A stretch of DNA of 64,000 bases from an uncultured Verrucomicrobiota bacterium (GTDB lineage Bacteria > Verrucomicrobiota > Verrucomicrobiia > CAIQCK01): the NCBI GenBank assembly GCA_964524715.1, contig CAZGGF010000362.1, positions 9,968 to 73,967 of the forward strand. The letters are read 5' to 3'. The position numbers were made by a program, and so were the translations under genes. Positions 25,580-35,639 of this stretch are shown one piece after another (positions within the stretch are counted from its first letter, which is position 1; each line of letters begins with the position of its first letter). Below the pieces are notes generated by a model. It had not been told where the DNA came from. It saw nothing but the letters and a program-made list of their open reading frames with translations, and ran no database searches.

Positions 25580-27787
25580 ATGATCCGTTTACGATTCACC
25601 ACTCTTTTGCTCGCCTCAAGCGTTGGCCTGTGCGCCACCGACGAAACCCCGCCGACGCCGAAGTGGTTCTACGACATCACGCGCGTGGCCTACACCGACC
25701 TGCCAAACATCCAGACGCTCGGCGATTGGCCGGAGAAACTCATCGAGGACTGCGCCAAGGCCGGGGTGCAGTTGTTCATCTCCCGCGCGCACAGCGGCGA
25801 GCACTGGAACGAACTGGCTTGGAAGAGCGCGTTCGGCAAACCCGACCCGAAGATGGGCGACCGCGACCGCACACGCGAGGTGGTGGCGCTTTGCCGCAAA
25901 CACGGCATCCGCTACATCCCCTATTATTGGGCGCAGCGCGAACCGGCATCGGTCGCGGAAGCGCATCCCGACTGGCGCTGCGTGAACAGCAAGGGCAAAC
26001 CGACCTCTTACCTCTGCATGAACACGCCTTACCGCGACCTCGTCCGCAATCGCATCGTCGAATTGGTCAAGGAAGTCGGCGTGGACGGCATCTTCTTCGA
26101 CATGTTCCACGCGCGCAGCGACGAATGCTATTGCGCAGCGTGCAAGGCGAAGTTCAGCAAGGAGACCGGTCAGGAACCGCCGTTGAAGGAGGATTTCGAC
26201 AGCGTGCTGTGGCAGCAATGGACAAACTTCAAGTACCGCTCCATCGAAAGCGCGATGCTGGAATTCAACCACGCCATCAAGGCGGCAAATCCCGAAGCCG
26301 CGCTCCTGGTGAATTCCTGGAACGCGTGGGTCTATCGCCAGCCCGACCGGACGTCGCACAACATCCGCAACTCCATCCGTGTCGCCGAAGTCGTGGACGG
26401 CATGTTGGAGGAGACCGGCTGGTATGACACGGTGGACCCCTCGTTCTTCGCGTTCCCGGCGCTGCACAATTTCATGAGCTGGCACCTCGGCGGCCTCTGC
26501 AAGGACAAGCGGGCGTTCATGTGGTCCTCGCCAAGCTACATGCGCACGCAGCCGGTGGGCTACACCGAAGCGGCGATTCGCGTGCTGGCGATGATGGCTA
26601 ACGGCTCTGTCCCGGCGCAATCGGTGCCGGGCCGCGACGTGATGGCGCGCTACATGGCCGACATCGCCGCGCGCGACGAGCACTTCCGCAACGACCGTCT
26701 CCATCCGTGGTGCGGGCTGGTCGTGTCGGAGAAAACCGAGCTGTGGTATGGCCGCAACGACCCCAAGAACCGCTACGTCAAAGGTGTCTACGGCGCATTC
26801 CAGACGATGATGGAACGCCATCTGCCCGTCTCGCTCGTCACCGACCGCGACCTGGAGCGCGGCAAACTCGACGGTTGCAAGGTGCTCTTCATGCCGAACT
26901 GCGCCGCGATGAGCGACGCCGAGATGGAAACCGTTCGCCGCTTCGTCCGCAACGGCGGCGGCCTCGTCGCGACCTATGAAACATCCCTCTACGACGAGCA
27001 CGCGAAGCCGCGCGACACCTTCGGCCTCGCCGACGTGCTCAATGCGAAGAAGACCGGCGCGTTTGACTGCCAGCGCGTGGTCATCAGTTGGGATGTGAAG
27101 CACCAGCACGGCGCCCATCTGCATCTGGCCCCGCAGCACCGTTGGTCCTCGGACCCGGTCATCCGCGAAACGCTGATGCGGCACAGCGCGACGCAGCCAC
27201 TCACCAACATCAGCTACGGTCTGCCACTCAACTCCCGGATGCTTCTGGTCGAGCCGGCGAAAGGCAGCGCCAGCCCGATGCGAATTGCGACGGCCACGGC
27301 CGACAAGAAAACCGGCGAGGTCAAACGCACAAACACGCCGGCAATCATCGAGAGCACCTACGGCAAGGGCAAGGTCATCTACCTGCCGGACGACATCTCC
27401 ACCTCGTTTTTCCGATTCGGCCACGAACACTGGGCGCGGATGATGGAACTAGCGTTGCGCGAGACGGCCTCTGCTCCGCCGCCAGTCGAGGTCACGGCGC
27501 CGCGCCTCGTGCAGGCGATGACACACACCCAGGGCAACCGTCTCGTGGTTCACCTGCTCAACGACGTTTCCTCCCTTGGCCGTTCGCAGAACGTTGTCGG
27601 CGAATCGCTCTACGAACGCCGCGAGGTCATCCCGATCCATGACATCACGTTGACCTTCCGCGATAAAAAACTGCATCGGTTTCAATTCGTTCCCGGCAAC
27701 ACGGAGCTGAAGGCCACGCAAACGAAGGACGGCTGGCTCGTGACCGTGCCGCGGCTGGACATGCATGGCATGGTCGTGGCGGAGTGA
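25580..27787 (+). CDS. secreted glycoside-hydrolase-like TIM-barrel protein (GHL6-like?) with GATase1-like beta-galactosidase middle-domain-like C-terminal region
   Basis: Signal peptide. GVDGIFFDMFHARSDECYCAACKAKFSKETG resembles the hypothetical glycosyl hydrolase 6 family motif. LFMPNCAAMSDAEMETVRRFVRNGGGLVATY resembles beta-galactosidase trimerisation/GATase-like domains. The family call is tentative. Confidence 0.55.
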   Translation: MIRLRFTTLLLASSVGLCATDETPPTPKWFYDITRVAYTDLPNIQTLGDWPEKLIEDCAKAGVQLFISRAHSGEHWNELAWKSAFGKPDPKMGDRDRTREVVALCRKHGIRYIPYYWAQREPASVAEAHPDWRCVNSKGKPTSYLCMNTPYRDLVRNRIVELVKEVGVDGIFFDMFHARSDECYCAACKAKFSKETGQEPPLKEDFDSVLWQQWTNFKYRSIESAMLEFNHAIKAANPEAALLVNSWNAWVYRQPDRTSHNIRNSIRVAEVVDGMLEETGWYDTVDPSFFAFPALHNFMSWHLGGLCKDKRAFMWSSPSYMRTQPVGYTEAAIRVLAMMANGSVPAQSVPGRDVMARYMADIAARDEHFRNDRLHPWCGLVVSEKTELWYGRNDPKNRYVKGVYGAFQTMMERHLPVSLVTDRDLERGKLDGCKVLFMPNCAAMSDAEMETVRRFVRNGGGLVATYETSLYDEHAKPRDTFGLADVLNAKKTGAFDCQRVVISWDVKHQHGAHLHLAPQHRWSSDPVIRETLMRHSATQPLTNISYGLPLNSRMLLVEPAKGSASPMRIATATADKKTGEVKRTNTPAIIESTYGKGKVIYLPDDISTSFFRFGHEHWARMMELALRETASAPPPVEVTAPRLVQAMTHTQGNRLVVHLLNDVSSLGRSQNVVGESLYERREVIPIHDITLTFRDKKLHRFQFVPGNTELKATQTKDGWLVTVPRLDMHGMVVAE

Positions 27788-27856
27788 ACTCCGGCACATC
27801 GCCGCCGTTTTGAGTTTGAACTTCGGCAGCGCACATGTCATTTAGCGGTTGCTGCC

Positions 27857-29074
27857 ATGCACCATCCAATATCTCACTCCATCGGGCTGTTCTTCCTGTT
27901 CACTGTGGCGACGGCTGTCGCTGCCACCACCGAGAAGTCCGCCGCCCCGCCGTGGAATCTGCGCCAGCTTTCAAAAGCGCCACAGACTTATCCCGCGCCC
28001 GGCTTTGAGACCAACGGCGTGCGCGCGGTTTTCTTCGACGGCCTGCCGTGGCAGGGCAAACCGACGCGTGTGTTCGCCTTCATCGGTGTGCCAGAACACA
28101 AGCGTGGCGAGAAAGTGCCCGGCATGGTGCTCGTGCACGGTGGCGGCGGCACGGCGTTCGCCAACTGGGTCAAACGCTGGAACGATCGCGGCTATGCGGC
28201 CATTGCGATGGACACTTGCGGCGCGGTGCCGCGAGGTTCCTACGGCAAGTGGCAGCGCCACGACGCCGGCGGCCCTCCCGGCTGGGGCGGTTTTGACCAG
28301 ATCAACGAACCCATCCAGGATCAGTGGACCTATCACGCCGTCGCCGACGCCGTCCTCGCGCACACGCTGCTGCGCTCGATGCCTGACGTGGATAACACGC
28401 GCATCGGCCTTACAGGCATTTCGTGGGGCGGCTATCTCACCTGCATCATCGCCGGCGTGGACGATCGTTTTCGCTTTGCGTCGCCGGTTTATGGCTGCGG
28501 TTTCCTCGGCGACAACTCGGCGTGGCTGAAAAACTTCGAGCAAATGGGCAAGGAGACTGCTGCGAAGTGGCTGAAGCTCTGGGACCCGTCGCGCTATTTG
28601 TCGCGCGCAAAGATGCCGATGCTCTGGGTCACGGGCACGAATGACTTCGCTTATCCGTTTGACTCGCTCCAGAAATCCTATCGCCTGCCGCCCGGCAAAC
28701 GCACGCTCTGTATCCGCGTCCGCATGCGGCACGGCCACGGCCCGGCCGGTGAAGGGCCGGAGGAAATCCGCGCGCTGGCTGACAGCATCCTCAAGAAGGG
28801 CAAGCCGCTTGCGCGCATCACGGCTCAGGGCCGCAAAGGAGACGAGACCTGGGCAACGTTCGAGTCAAAGACGAAGATCGCGAAGGCCGAGTTGAACTTC
28901 ACCAAGGACACCGGCGTCTGGCAGAAGCGGTTGTGGGAGACAACCCCGGCAAACCTGGACCCGGCCCGGCGCAGAGTCACAGCCGCCGTGCCCGCCGGCG
29001 CGACAGTTTTCTATCTCAATCTCTTTGACGAACAAGGGTTGGTTGTGAGCACGGAACACATCGAGTCGAAATGA
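27857..29074 (+). CDS. secreted alpha/beta hydrolase (acetylxylan-esterase / dienelactone-hydrolase-like)
   Basis: Signal peptide. PGMVLVHGGGGTAF and nucleophile elbow GLTGISWGGY (GxSxG). Its stop overlaps the next start (ATGA at 29071-29074). Confidence 0.7.
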   Translation: MHHPISHSIGLFFLFTVATAVAATTEKSAAPPWNLRQLSKAPQTYPAPGFETNGVRAVFFDGLPWQGKPTRVFAFIGVPEHKRGEKVPGMVLVHGGGGTAFANWVKRWNDRGYAAIAMDTCGAVPRGSYGKWQRHDAGGPPGWGGFDQINEPIQDQWTYHAVADAVLAHTLLRSMPDVDNTRIGLTGISWGGYLTCIIAGVDDRFRFASPVYGCGFLGDNSAWLKNFEQMGKETAAKWLKLWDPSRYLSRAKMPMLWVTGTNDFAYPFDSLQKSYRLPPGKRTLCIRVRMRHGHGPAGEGPEEIRALADSILKKGKPLARITAQGRKGDETWATFESKTKIAKAELNFTKDTGVWQKRLWETTPANLDPARRRVTAAVPAGATVFYLNLFDEQGLVVSTEHIESK

Positions 29075-32000
29075 AAACGAAATTGTCATTCCTGGTAACG
29101 CTGGCGCTGGCCGCCAACAGCTTCGCAGCAGAAACCGTTGGCGAACGGCCCTACGAGATGGTTTGGGCCAACCGCACCGAGGACACGCACGCGCCGCTGA
29201 TTGATTTCGAGAACCTCGACGGCTGGAAAGTGGAGACGAAGGACGCCATTGCCACACTCACGCTCTCGCGTGAACAACAACTTTGGGGCAAATACGTTGG
29301 CAAGCTGGTCTATCGTGCCGATGGCAAACTGCCGCGTGTCACGCTCCGTCCGCCGAAGCCCATCGCGTTGCCGCAGTCGTTCGATTGCATCAACTTCTGG
29401 GTTTACGGCAACAACTGGGCGTGGGTGACCGACAAGACCACGCCGCCGGTGGAGTTCGCCGTGCTCCTGCGTGGAAAAGGCGGCGCAGAGGTGCGCGTCA
29501 CAATGAGCAGCGTGCGCTGGAAGGAGTGGTGGGTGATGCACCGCAAGCTCACCGTCGAACAGCTCGACCTGCTCAAGGACGGCCCGACGCTTGAGGGCAT
29601 CCAGATCAGCAACGGCCGCAACAAGGACGACCGCACGCTCTATCTCGACAACCTCGCCATCTATAAAGAGGAGTTGAAACCGCTGGCGTTCGAGCCGCGC
29701 CGCAAACGCGGCATTGAGATGTTCCCCGGCCAAGGCGACGGCACGAATACCGGTTCCGGCAAGCTGCCGTTCCCGACCCGCGAGGAAACGATCCTGCCAG
29801 ACAACCTCACGAAGAGTTTCAGGACCACACTGACGAAAGATGGCGATGCGTTTGTGTTCCGCTATCGCGGCAAGGACGGCGATCTGGAGTATCGCTATGA
29901 GCCGAAGACAGGCACGCTGGGTGATGTGACCGCGCGCTGGGCGGGACGCGGGGATTGGTTTCAACCGATGGCGGACGGCGGCATTTTCTTTTCGTCAGCC
30001 CAACCAGGCAAAGCACTCGCGCCGGAAAAGCTCGAACCGCTTGGCTGCGAGCGCGTCCGGGACACGGTGATCTCGCGTTGGCGCTGCCGGCTTGGCGAGC
30101 GCAGCGGGGAAGTTGCCTACACGTTCCGGCTCTGGCAGAAGTCGCTGGTGGTGGATGTGAAGTGTCCCGGCGGCGAGGTCGGTGAGATTCGTTTCGGCAA
30201 GGCAATCGGCGTCGAGAATCCGCGCCTCGTGACGCTGCCTTATATGAGCTACGGCGGGCCGCGCCCCGCAGTGCTCGTCGCCGGCCCGCAAGAGAAGCCG
30301 CTCTTCGTCTTCGGTCTGCCCGACTATTACCGCTCCAATGCGTCGTTGCTCTGGGCGGTCAACACGGTCGCAGCCAACGGCGTCACCTACAACGGTGGCA
30401 CACGCTACGAGCCCAAAACCGACGGCAAGCGCAACGACTGCTTCGAGCGGCTTTTCCTGACGATCTCGCCGCGGTTTGAGGAGGTGCTGCCCAACATCCC
30501 GAACCCGAAGTCGCAGTGGATGCACGTCGCCGGCAATCGGCTGTGGCGCGCGCATGGCGCGAGCAACCGCGAGAGCGACTACGAGTATTGGAAGAACGTC
30601 GCGCGTTACGGCATGACCCAGGTGGTCATTACCGATCACGAAACCGGCTGGCGCGACGGCGGTGAGAGCTTCACGTTCCGTACGCGCACGGCGCCCAAGC
30701 GGGGCGGCGATGAGAGCCAGGCCGAATACTCCCGCAAGATTCAGGCGCTCGGTTTCCGCTACGGCATTTACAACAACTACACCGATTATGCGCCGGTCAA
30801 CGAGCATTGGAGCGAGGACATGGTCACGCGCCTGTCGAATGGCGACTGGCGGCCCGCCTGGGCGCGCTGCTACAACCCGAAGCCCACGCGCGCGGTCGAA
30901 TACGAAGCGAAACTGACGCCGATCATCCAGCAGAAGTTTCATCTCTCGACGGCCTACTGCGATGTGCATACGGCGGTGACACCGTGGGCCTATTGCGACT
31001 ACGACGCGCGGGTGCCGGGCGGGGGGACGTTCGCGGCGACATTCTACGCCTACGGCGAGATCATGCTCCACCAGAAGGCGACGTGGAACGGGCCGGTCTA
31101 TAGCGAGGGCAACCACCACTGGTTCTACTGCGGACTTACCGACGGCAACTATGGCCAGGATCAGGCCGCGAAGCTGCCGGTGAACCCGTGGCTCGTGGAC
31201 TTCGACCTGCGCAAACTGCACCCACTCTGCTGCAACTTCGGCATGGGCAACCCCGGCATGTTTTATGGCCGCGAAGAAAACCTCGGCAAGACACCGGCCG
31301 ACCGCGACGCGCATCTCGACCGTTTCCTCGCCGCGACGCTGGCGTTCGGGCACACGGGTTTTCTGGTGATGGAAGGTGGCATTCAGAACGCCATCCGCAG
31401 CTATTTCACGCTCCAGCAAGTCCACGCCGCCTATGCGCAGCAAACCGCCACCGACATCCGCTACGCCGACGAGCGCGGCCAACTGCTTGATGTCACCGCC
31501 GCCGTTGCAAGCGATGCCTTCCGCCGCTCGCAGGTCACCACGCGTTACGCGAACGGCCTGCGCGTAACCGTCAATGGCCATCCCAGCGAAACATGGCGCA
31601 TCGAAGTGCCACCCGCAGCCCTGACGGCCCTGTTCGGTTCGCGGGGCAACAACACCAACAGGAATGCCAGCGCTACGCTGACACTGCCGCCGAACGGCTG
31701 GTTCGCCCGCAGTGCTGACGGCAAACTGATCGCGCTCAGCGCCATCGTGGACGGTCATCGCGCCGACTATGTGGACTCGCCGGCCTATCTCTACGCCGAC
31801 GGGCGCGGGCAGTTCACCCGCTTCTCGAAAGCTGCCAGCGACGGTCAACTGATCGTCCACAAGCGCGACGGCGGCGCGGTGGAGGTCATTCCGGCTGGCA
31901 AGTGCACGTCGCTGGGCATTTCGCTCAACGGCAAGACCGCCTCCGCCGTTGCGCTCGACAAGGAAGGCAAGGAGATCGGCACTGCGGAGACACGTTTCAG

Positions 32001-33486
32001 CCGCGGGCTGGTTTACGTCATGCCGCAGACCAACGCGTTCAGTTACGTGTTGAAACCCGCCGCAAAACCGGCCGCGACGCTCGCCTGCCCGCGCAGCGAA
32101 GTGGTGCCGGGCGAGACCGTTGTTGTGCTCGGACGTGAGCGGCACGAATTCCGTGTGCCAGCCGATACGAAACCCGGTGCGCGGCTGTGGCAACAGTTTG
32201 AGGACATGTGGATTGATTTCACCGTTGTGCCGCTGGCCGACGTGAAGCTCTCGCTCAATGACAAGTTGCAGCTCGACATCACGCCACATCTCGCGCAGCC
32301 AACGCGCGCCGAGGTGACGCTGTCTGAGATGAACCAGACCGTCTCAGTTCTTCTTGTGCCGGAACAGCCTGCGCAACTCTCTTTCAACTTTGCGCAACCT
32401 GTCCGCGAGGAAGCCCGCCAAGTGTCGATGAAGATCGTCGCGGGCGACCTCCGCCACGAGCAAAAGTGGTGGTTGCTGACCGAGGAATCCATCGAGTCCA
32501 TCGCAGCCATGCCGGAGAAATACGAGACCGGCCAGTGTTTTCGCAAGGGTTCGCCCACCGGACTCGACGGCAAGTCCGGCGCAAACGTGCATCCCGACGT
32601 TCACATGACTTGCGGCAACGAGACGAAGCCCGGTCTCTTCATGCACCCGCCCTACCAAGGCGGCACCGGAGTTGCATTTGCGTTCTACGATCCGGTCACA
32701 CTCCCGCGCAAGCCGGCGGCGTTCCGTTGCGACATCGGCAAACGTGACGGCAGCGACCGCGGTGACGGCGTCCTGTTTCGCGTTGCTGTGGTCGAAACCG
32801 GCGGCAAAGAAACCATCGTCGCAGAAAAACAGTGGGCCGAACACGCGTGGGCGCCGCTCGAAGCCGACCTGTCGCGATGGGCCGGCCGGACAATCCGCAT
32901 CAAACTCATCAGCGATGTCGGCCCGGCCAACAACTCCAGCGGCGATTGGGCGTGCTGGGCGAACCCGCGCATCGAGAACCGCGAGCCTGTCTTGAAGACC
33001 ACGTTGCACGACCACGCGGCGCAACTGCGCCATGAACCGGCGCCGCATCCCGTCGCCAACCTTGCCATCGCCGACTTGCGCGCCGCCAAGCGCGGCTGGC
33101 TGCATTTCGAGAGCATCGGTCTCCAGCACGGCGGCGGGTATATTTCGCAGGGCCAGCTTAACAGCGTCTCGATCGGCGAACTGCCCGGATCGCAGGGCAG
33201 CGAAACCAAGGGCATATGGTCGCCAGCGGTCTCAATCCCACTGCTCGCCGAAGCCATCGCGAAGCTGGGCAAGGAGAACATCTTCAAAATCCAGAATCCA
33301 TCTGCGGATAGCTTCAAAGTCCGCCGTTTTTGGATCGAACTGGAACTGGCCGACGGGCGCAAGTGCTCGTCCAAAATCCACGCACTAACCTACACGCAAC
33401 CCTCCGGATGGTTCTACGCCGAGGGCATCGGCGTGCCCGCCGACGAGAACATCGAGGTGGACATCCGTTTCCCGGCAGGCAAGTAG
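29071..33486 (+). CDS. large secreted protein of unknown function (1471 aa), probably glycan-active
   Basis: Signal peptide MKTKLSFLVTLALAANSFA. Uninterrupted ORF, translationally coupled to the esterase. The central region (about aa 480-760) looks like a TIM-barrel-type hydrolase, but I cannot name a family. Confidence 0.65.
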   Translation: MKTKLSFLVTLALAANSFAAETVGERPYEMVWANRTEDTHAPLIDFENLDGWKVETKDAIATLTLSREQQLWGKYVGKLVYRADGKLPRVTLRPPKPIALPQSFDCINFWVYGNNWAWVTDKTTPPVEFAVLLRGKGGAEVRVTMSSVRWKEWWVMHRKLTVEQLDLLKDGPTLEGIQISNGRNKDDRTLYLDNLAIYKEELKPLAFEPRRKRGIEMFPGQGDGTNTGSGKLPFPTREETILPDNLTKSFRTTLTKDGDAFVFRYRGKDGDLEYRYEPKTGTLGDVTARWAGRGDWFQPMADGGIFFSSAQPGKALAPEKLEPLGCERVRDTVISRWRCRLGERSGEVAYTFRLWQKSLVVDVKCPGGEVGEIRFGKAIGVENPRLVTLPYMSYGGPRPAVLVAGPQEKPLFVFGLPDYYRSNASLLWAVNTVAANGVTYNGGTRYEPKTDGKRNDCFERLFLTISPRFEEVLPNIPNPKSQWMHVAGNRLWRAHGASNRESDYEYWKNVARYGMTQVVITDHETGWRDGGESFTFRTRTAPKRGGDESQAEYSRKIQALGFRYGIYNNYTDYAPVNEHWSEDMVTRLSNGDWRPAWARCYNPKPTRAVEYEAKLTPIIQQKFHLSTAYCDVHTAVTPWAYCDYDARVPGGGTFAATFYAYGEIMLHQKATWNGPVYSEGNHHWFYCGLTDGNYGQDQAAKLPVNPWLVDFDLRKLHPLCCNFGMGNPGMFYGREENLGKTPADRDAHLDRFLAATLAFGHTGFLVMEGGIQNAIRSYFTLQQVHAAYAQQTATDIRYADERGQLLDVTAAVASDAFRRSQVTTRYANGLRVTVNGHPSETWRIEVPPAALTALFGSRGNNTNRNASATLTLPPNGWFARSADGKLIALSAIVDGHRADYVDSPAYLYADGRGQFTRFSKAASDGQLIVHKRDGGAVEVIPAGKCTSLGISLNGKTASAVALDKEGKEIGTAETRFSRGLVYVMPQTNAFSYVLKPAAKPAATLACPRSEVVPGETVVVLGRERHEFRVPADTKPGARLWQQFEDMWIDFTVVPLADVKLSLNDKLQLDITPHLAQPTRAEVTLSEMNQTVSVLLVPEQPAQLSFNFAQPVREEARQVSMKIVAGDLRHEQKWWLLTEESIESIAAMPEKYETGQCFRKGSPTGLDGKSGANVHPDVHMTCGNETKPGLFMHPPYQGGTGVAFAFYDPVTLPRKPAAFRCDIGKRDGSDRGDGVLFRVAVVETGGKETIVAEKQWAEHAWAPLEADLSRWAGRTIRIKLISDVGPANNSSGDWACWANPRIENREPVLKTTLHDHAAQLRHEPAPHPVANLAIADLRAAKRGWLHFESIGLQHGGGYISQGQLNSVSIGELPGSQGSETKGIWSPAVSIPLLAEAIAKLGKENIFKIQNPSADSFKVRRFWIELELADGRKCSSKIHALTYTQPSGWFYAEGIGVPADENIEVDIRFPAGK

Positions 33487-33568
33487 ATCTGGCCGCCGGC
33501 GGTTGACGCCGCTCCATACGGCATACTCGTCAGCGTTGGGGGGGTCGCGGTCATGGCCTGACCGTTTG

Positions 33569-35371
33569 CTATGCCGCCGTCCTGAGCTGCTCGCGACGCA
33601 GCGACAGGTTCCTGGCAATCCGCCATCCACCATCCACCAGCACAATGATCACGCAAACGATCATCACAACAGTGAGTGCGGCGTTGATGTAGCCGTTGAC
33701 ATTCCCCGCCTGGCCTTTGGGAATGAAATTGTCGAAGACGTTGGAGTAGCCAGCCACCAGCGTCGTGGCAGCCATGAACACGGCGGGCAGCGCCGTGATC
33801 AGCGCGTAGGCAGGTTTCGTGGCGTGCTTGACGAGATAGCCGGTGCCCACCACCAGCGCGAGCGTGGCGAGCAATTGGTTGGCAACGCCGAACATCGGCC
33901 AGATGCTGGTGATGTCGTTCGCGCAGAGCAAATAACCCCACGCGACCGAGATCAGTCCGCCCGTGAGCAGGACCGTGGGCCAGTAGTTCACATCGCCCAG
34001 CTTTGGGTGGATGCGGCCAAGCACTTCCTGGATCATGTAACGTCCGACGCGCGTGCCGGCGTCCACCGTGGTGAGAATGAACAAGGCCTCGAACATGATC
34101 GCGTAGTGATACCAGTAAGCGATGAAATGACTCATGCCGGGCAGCTTCGCAAAAATGTGCGCCATCCCGACCGCCAGCGTGACTGCGCCACCCGTGCGGC
34201 CGGCGAGGTCTTCGTTGACCATCTTCGAGAAATGGTCGAGTTCCACCGGCACAATGCCCAGAGCCGACCACTTGGCCGGGTCAACGTTGATGGCCAGATA
34301 GTCGTTCGGCAGCAACACCGTGGCTGCGATCAGCGCCATCACCGCTACGAACGTCTCCATCAACATTGCGCCGTAGCCAACGAACAACGCCTCCGGCTCG
34401 TGCGCCAGCATCTTCGGCGTCGTGCCCGACGCGATCAGCGAATGCCAGCCCGAGATGGCGCCGCACGCGACCGTGATGCACACGAACGGCCAGACCTTGC
34501 CGGGAATGATCGGCCCGCCGCCGTTGATGAACTCCGTGACTGCCGGCATCCGGATTTCGGGGCAGACGACGATGATGCCAAGTGCCAGCAGCGCGATGGT
34601 TCCAATCTTCATGTAGGACGACAAGTAATCGCGCGGCGCCAGCAACAGCCACACTGGCAGCACCGACGCCAGGAATCCATACACCGTAATCCCGATGGAA
34701 AGCTGCCCCTTCGAGTAGGTGAACAGCCGGGCGAATTCCGAGTGATGCACCCAGGCGCCAACCACGACCGCCAGCAATACCAACACCACGCCTACTATGG
34801 ACGCCTCTTTCACCTTGCCCTTGCGCCAGACTTCCATGTGGACTCCCACCAGCATTGCGATGGGGATCGTCAGCAGGATCGTAAACGTCCCCCACGCACT
34901 ATCGGCCAGCGCATTGACCACGACCATCGCCAACCCCGCCAACGCCGTCGTGATGATGAACAGGATGGCCACCATCGTCACCGCGCCCGACAGGGGCGAC
35001 AGGTTTTCCTTGGCAATCTCCGCCAGCGACCGGCCGTTGGAGCGGATCGAGGCGACCAACACCACGAAATCATGCACGCCGCCTGCGAGCACGCCGCCGA
35101 TCAGCAACCACAACATGCCGGGCAAATAGCCGAACTGCGCCGCCAGAACCGGCCCCACCAGCGGCCCCGCGCCGGCGATGGCGGCGAAGTGATGGCCGAA
35201 AGTGACGTATTTGTTGGTGACGTGGAAGTTCTTGCCGTCTTCGAATTGCTGCGCGGGCGTCTTGGCATCGGCACGCAAAACCAATGCGCGGCTGGCCAAA
35301 AATGCCCCGTAAAACCGATATGCCAGCGCCAACACCAAAGCCGAAATAACAACCAATCCAAGTCCGTTCAT
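33569..35371 (-). CDS. cstA: carbon starvation protein A (pyruvate/peptide transporter family)
   Basis: YRFYGAFL...FGHHFAAIAGAGPLVGPVLAAQFGYLPGMLWLLIGGVLAGGVHDF is the canonical CstA N-terminus. 600 aa and polytopic. Confidence 0.92.
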   Translation of the reverse strand: MNGLGLVVISALVLALAYRFYGAFLASRALVLRADAKTPAQQFEDGKNFHVTNKYVTFGHHFAAIAGAGPLVGPVLAAQFGYLPGMLWLLIGGVLAGGVHDFVVLVASIRSNGRSLAEIAKENLSPLSGAVTMVAILFIITTALAGLAMVVVNALADSAWGTFTILLTIPIAMLVGVHMEVWRKGKVKEASIVGVVLVLLAVVVGAWVHHSEFARLFTYSKGQLSIGITVYGFLASVLPVWLLLAPRDYLSSYMKIGTIALLALGIIVVCPEIRMPAVTEFINGGGPIIPGKVWPFVCITVACGAISGWHSLIASGTTPKMLAHEPEALFVGYGAMLMETFVAVMALIAATVLLPNDYLAINVDPAKWSALGIVPVELDHFSKMVNEDLAGRTGGAVTLAVGMAHIFAKLPGMSHFIAYWYHYAIMFEALFILTTVDAGTRVGRYMIQEVLGRIHPKLGDVNYWPTVLLTGGLISVAWGYLLCANDITSIWPMFGVANQLLATLALVVGTGYLVKHATKPAYALITALPAVFMAATTLVAGYSNVFDNFIPKGQAGNVNGYINAALTVVMIVCVIIVLVDGGWRIARNLSLRREQLRTAA

Positions 35372-35432
35372 ATCAATTCAATTCCACTTCCAACAGTTTG
35401 TTAAAGTTCATGGGGTGGCCACGATCCTCGCA

Positions 35433-35639
35433 CTAATACTTCGTGCGAAAACCCATCGCCCGCATCACACACCATCCTTTGGCGGCCTCGAAAAACTGAA
35501 ACGTCGCCAACGCCAACAGCACGCCAGCGACGCTGCTTCGGCCACACCACCAGCAACCCACCGCCACGGTGAGGCACAACAAGCCGCTCGCTGTCCGCCA
35601 CAGCCGGCCGGCGCGGTCAATGTTGCATTCCAGCCTCAA
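35433..35639 (-). CDS. DUF2892 (YgaP-like) small membrane protein
   Basis: 68 aa. CNIDRAGRLWRTASGLL ... FFEAAKGWCVMRAMG resembles the DUF2892 pattern (N-x-G-x-DR-x-R ... C-P-x-Y). TTG start overlapping the bfr stop (TTGA). Confidence 0.55.
   Translation of the reverse strand: MRLECNIDRAGRLWRTASGLLCLTVAVGCWWCGRSSVAGVLLALATFQFFEAAKGWCVMRAMGFRTKY

Noticed and set aside
25616-27430. 604-aa ORF on the minus strand
   Set aside because: It lies entirely antisense to the 25580-27787 gene, which has a signal peptide and recognisable hydrolase motifs. Its translation is Arg/Ala/Gly/His/Val-rich with no motif. This is a typical GC-rich shadow ORF.
29995-32289. 764-aa ORF on the minus strand
   Set aside because: It is antisense to the 1471-aa secreted protein gene. 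Its composition is low-complexity and Arg/Ala-rich, with no recognisable domain or signal.
33503-35404. 633-aa ORF on the plus strand
   Set aside because: It is antisense to cstA, whose identity is unambiguous. Its translation is His/Arg/Asp/Gln-rich nonsense.
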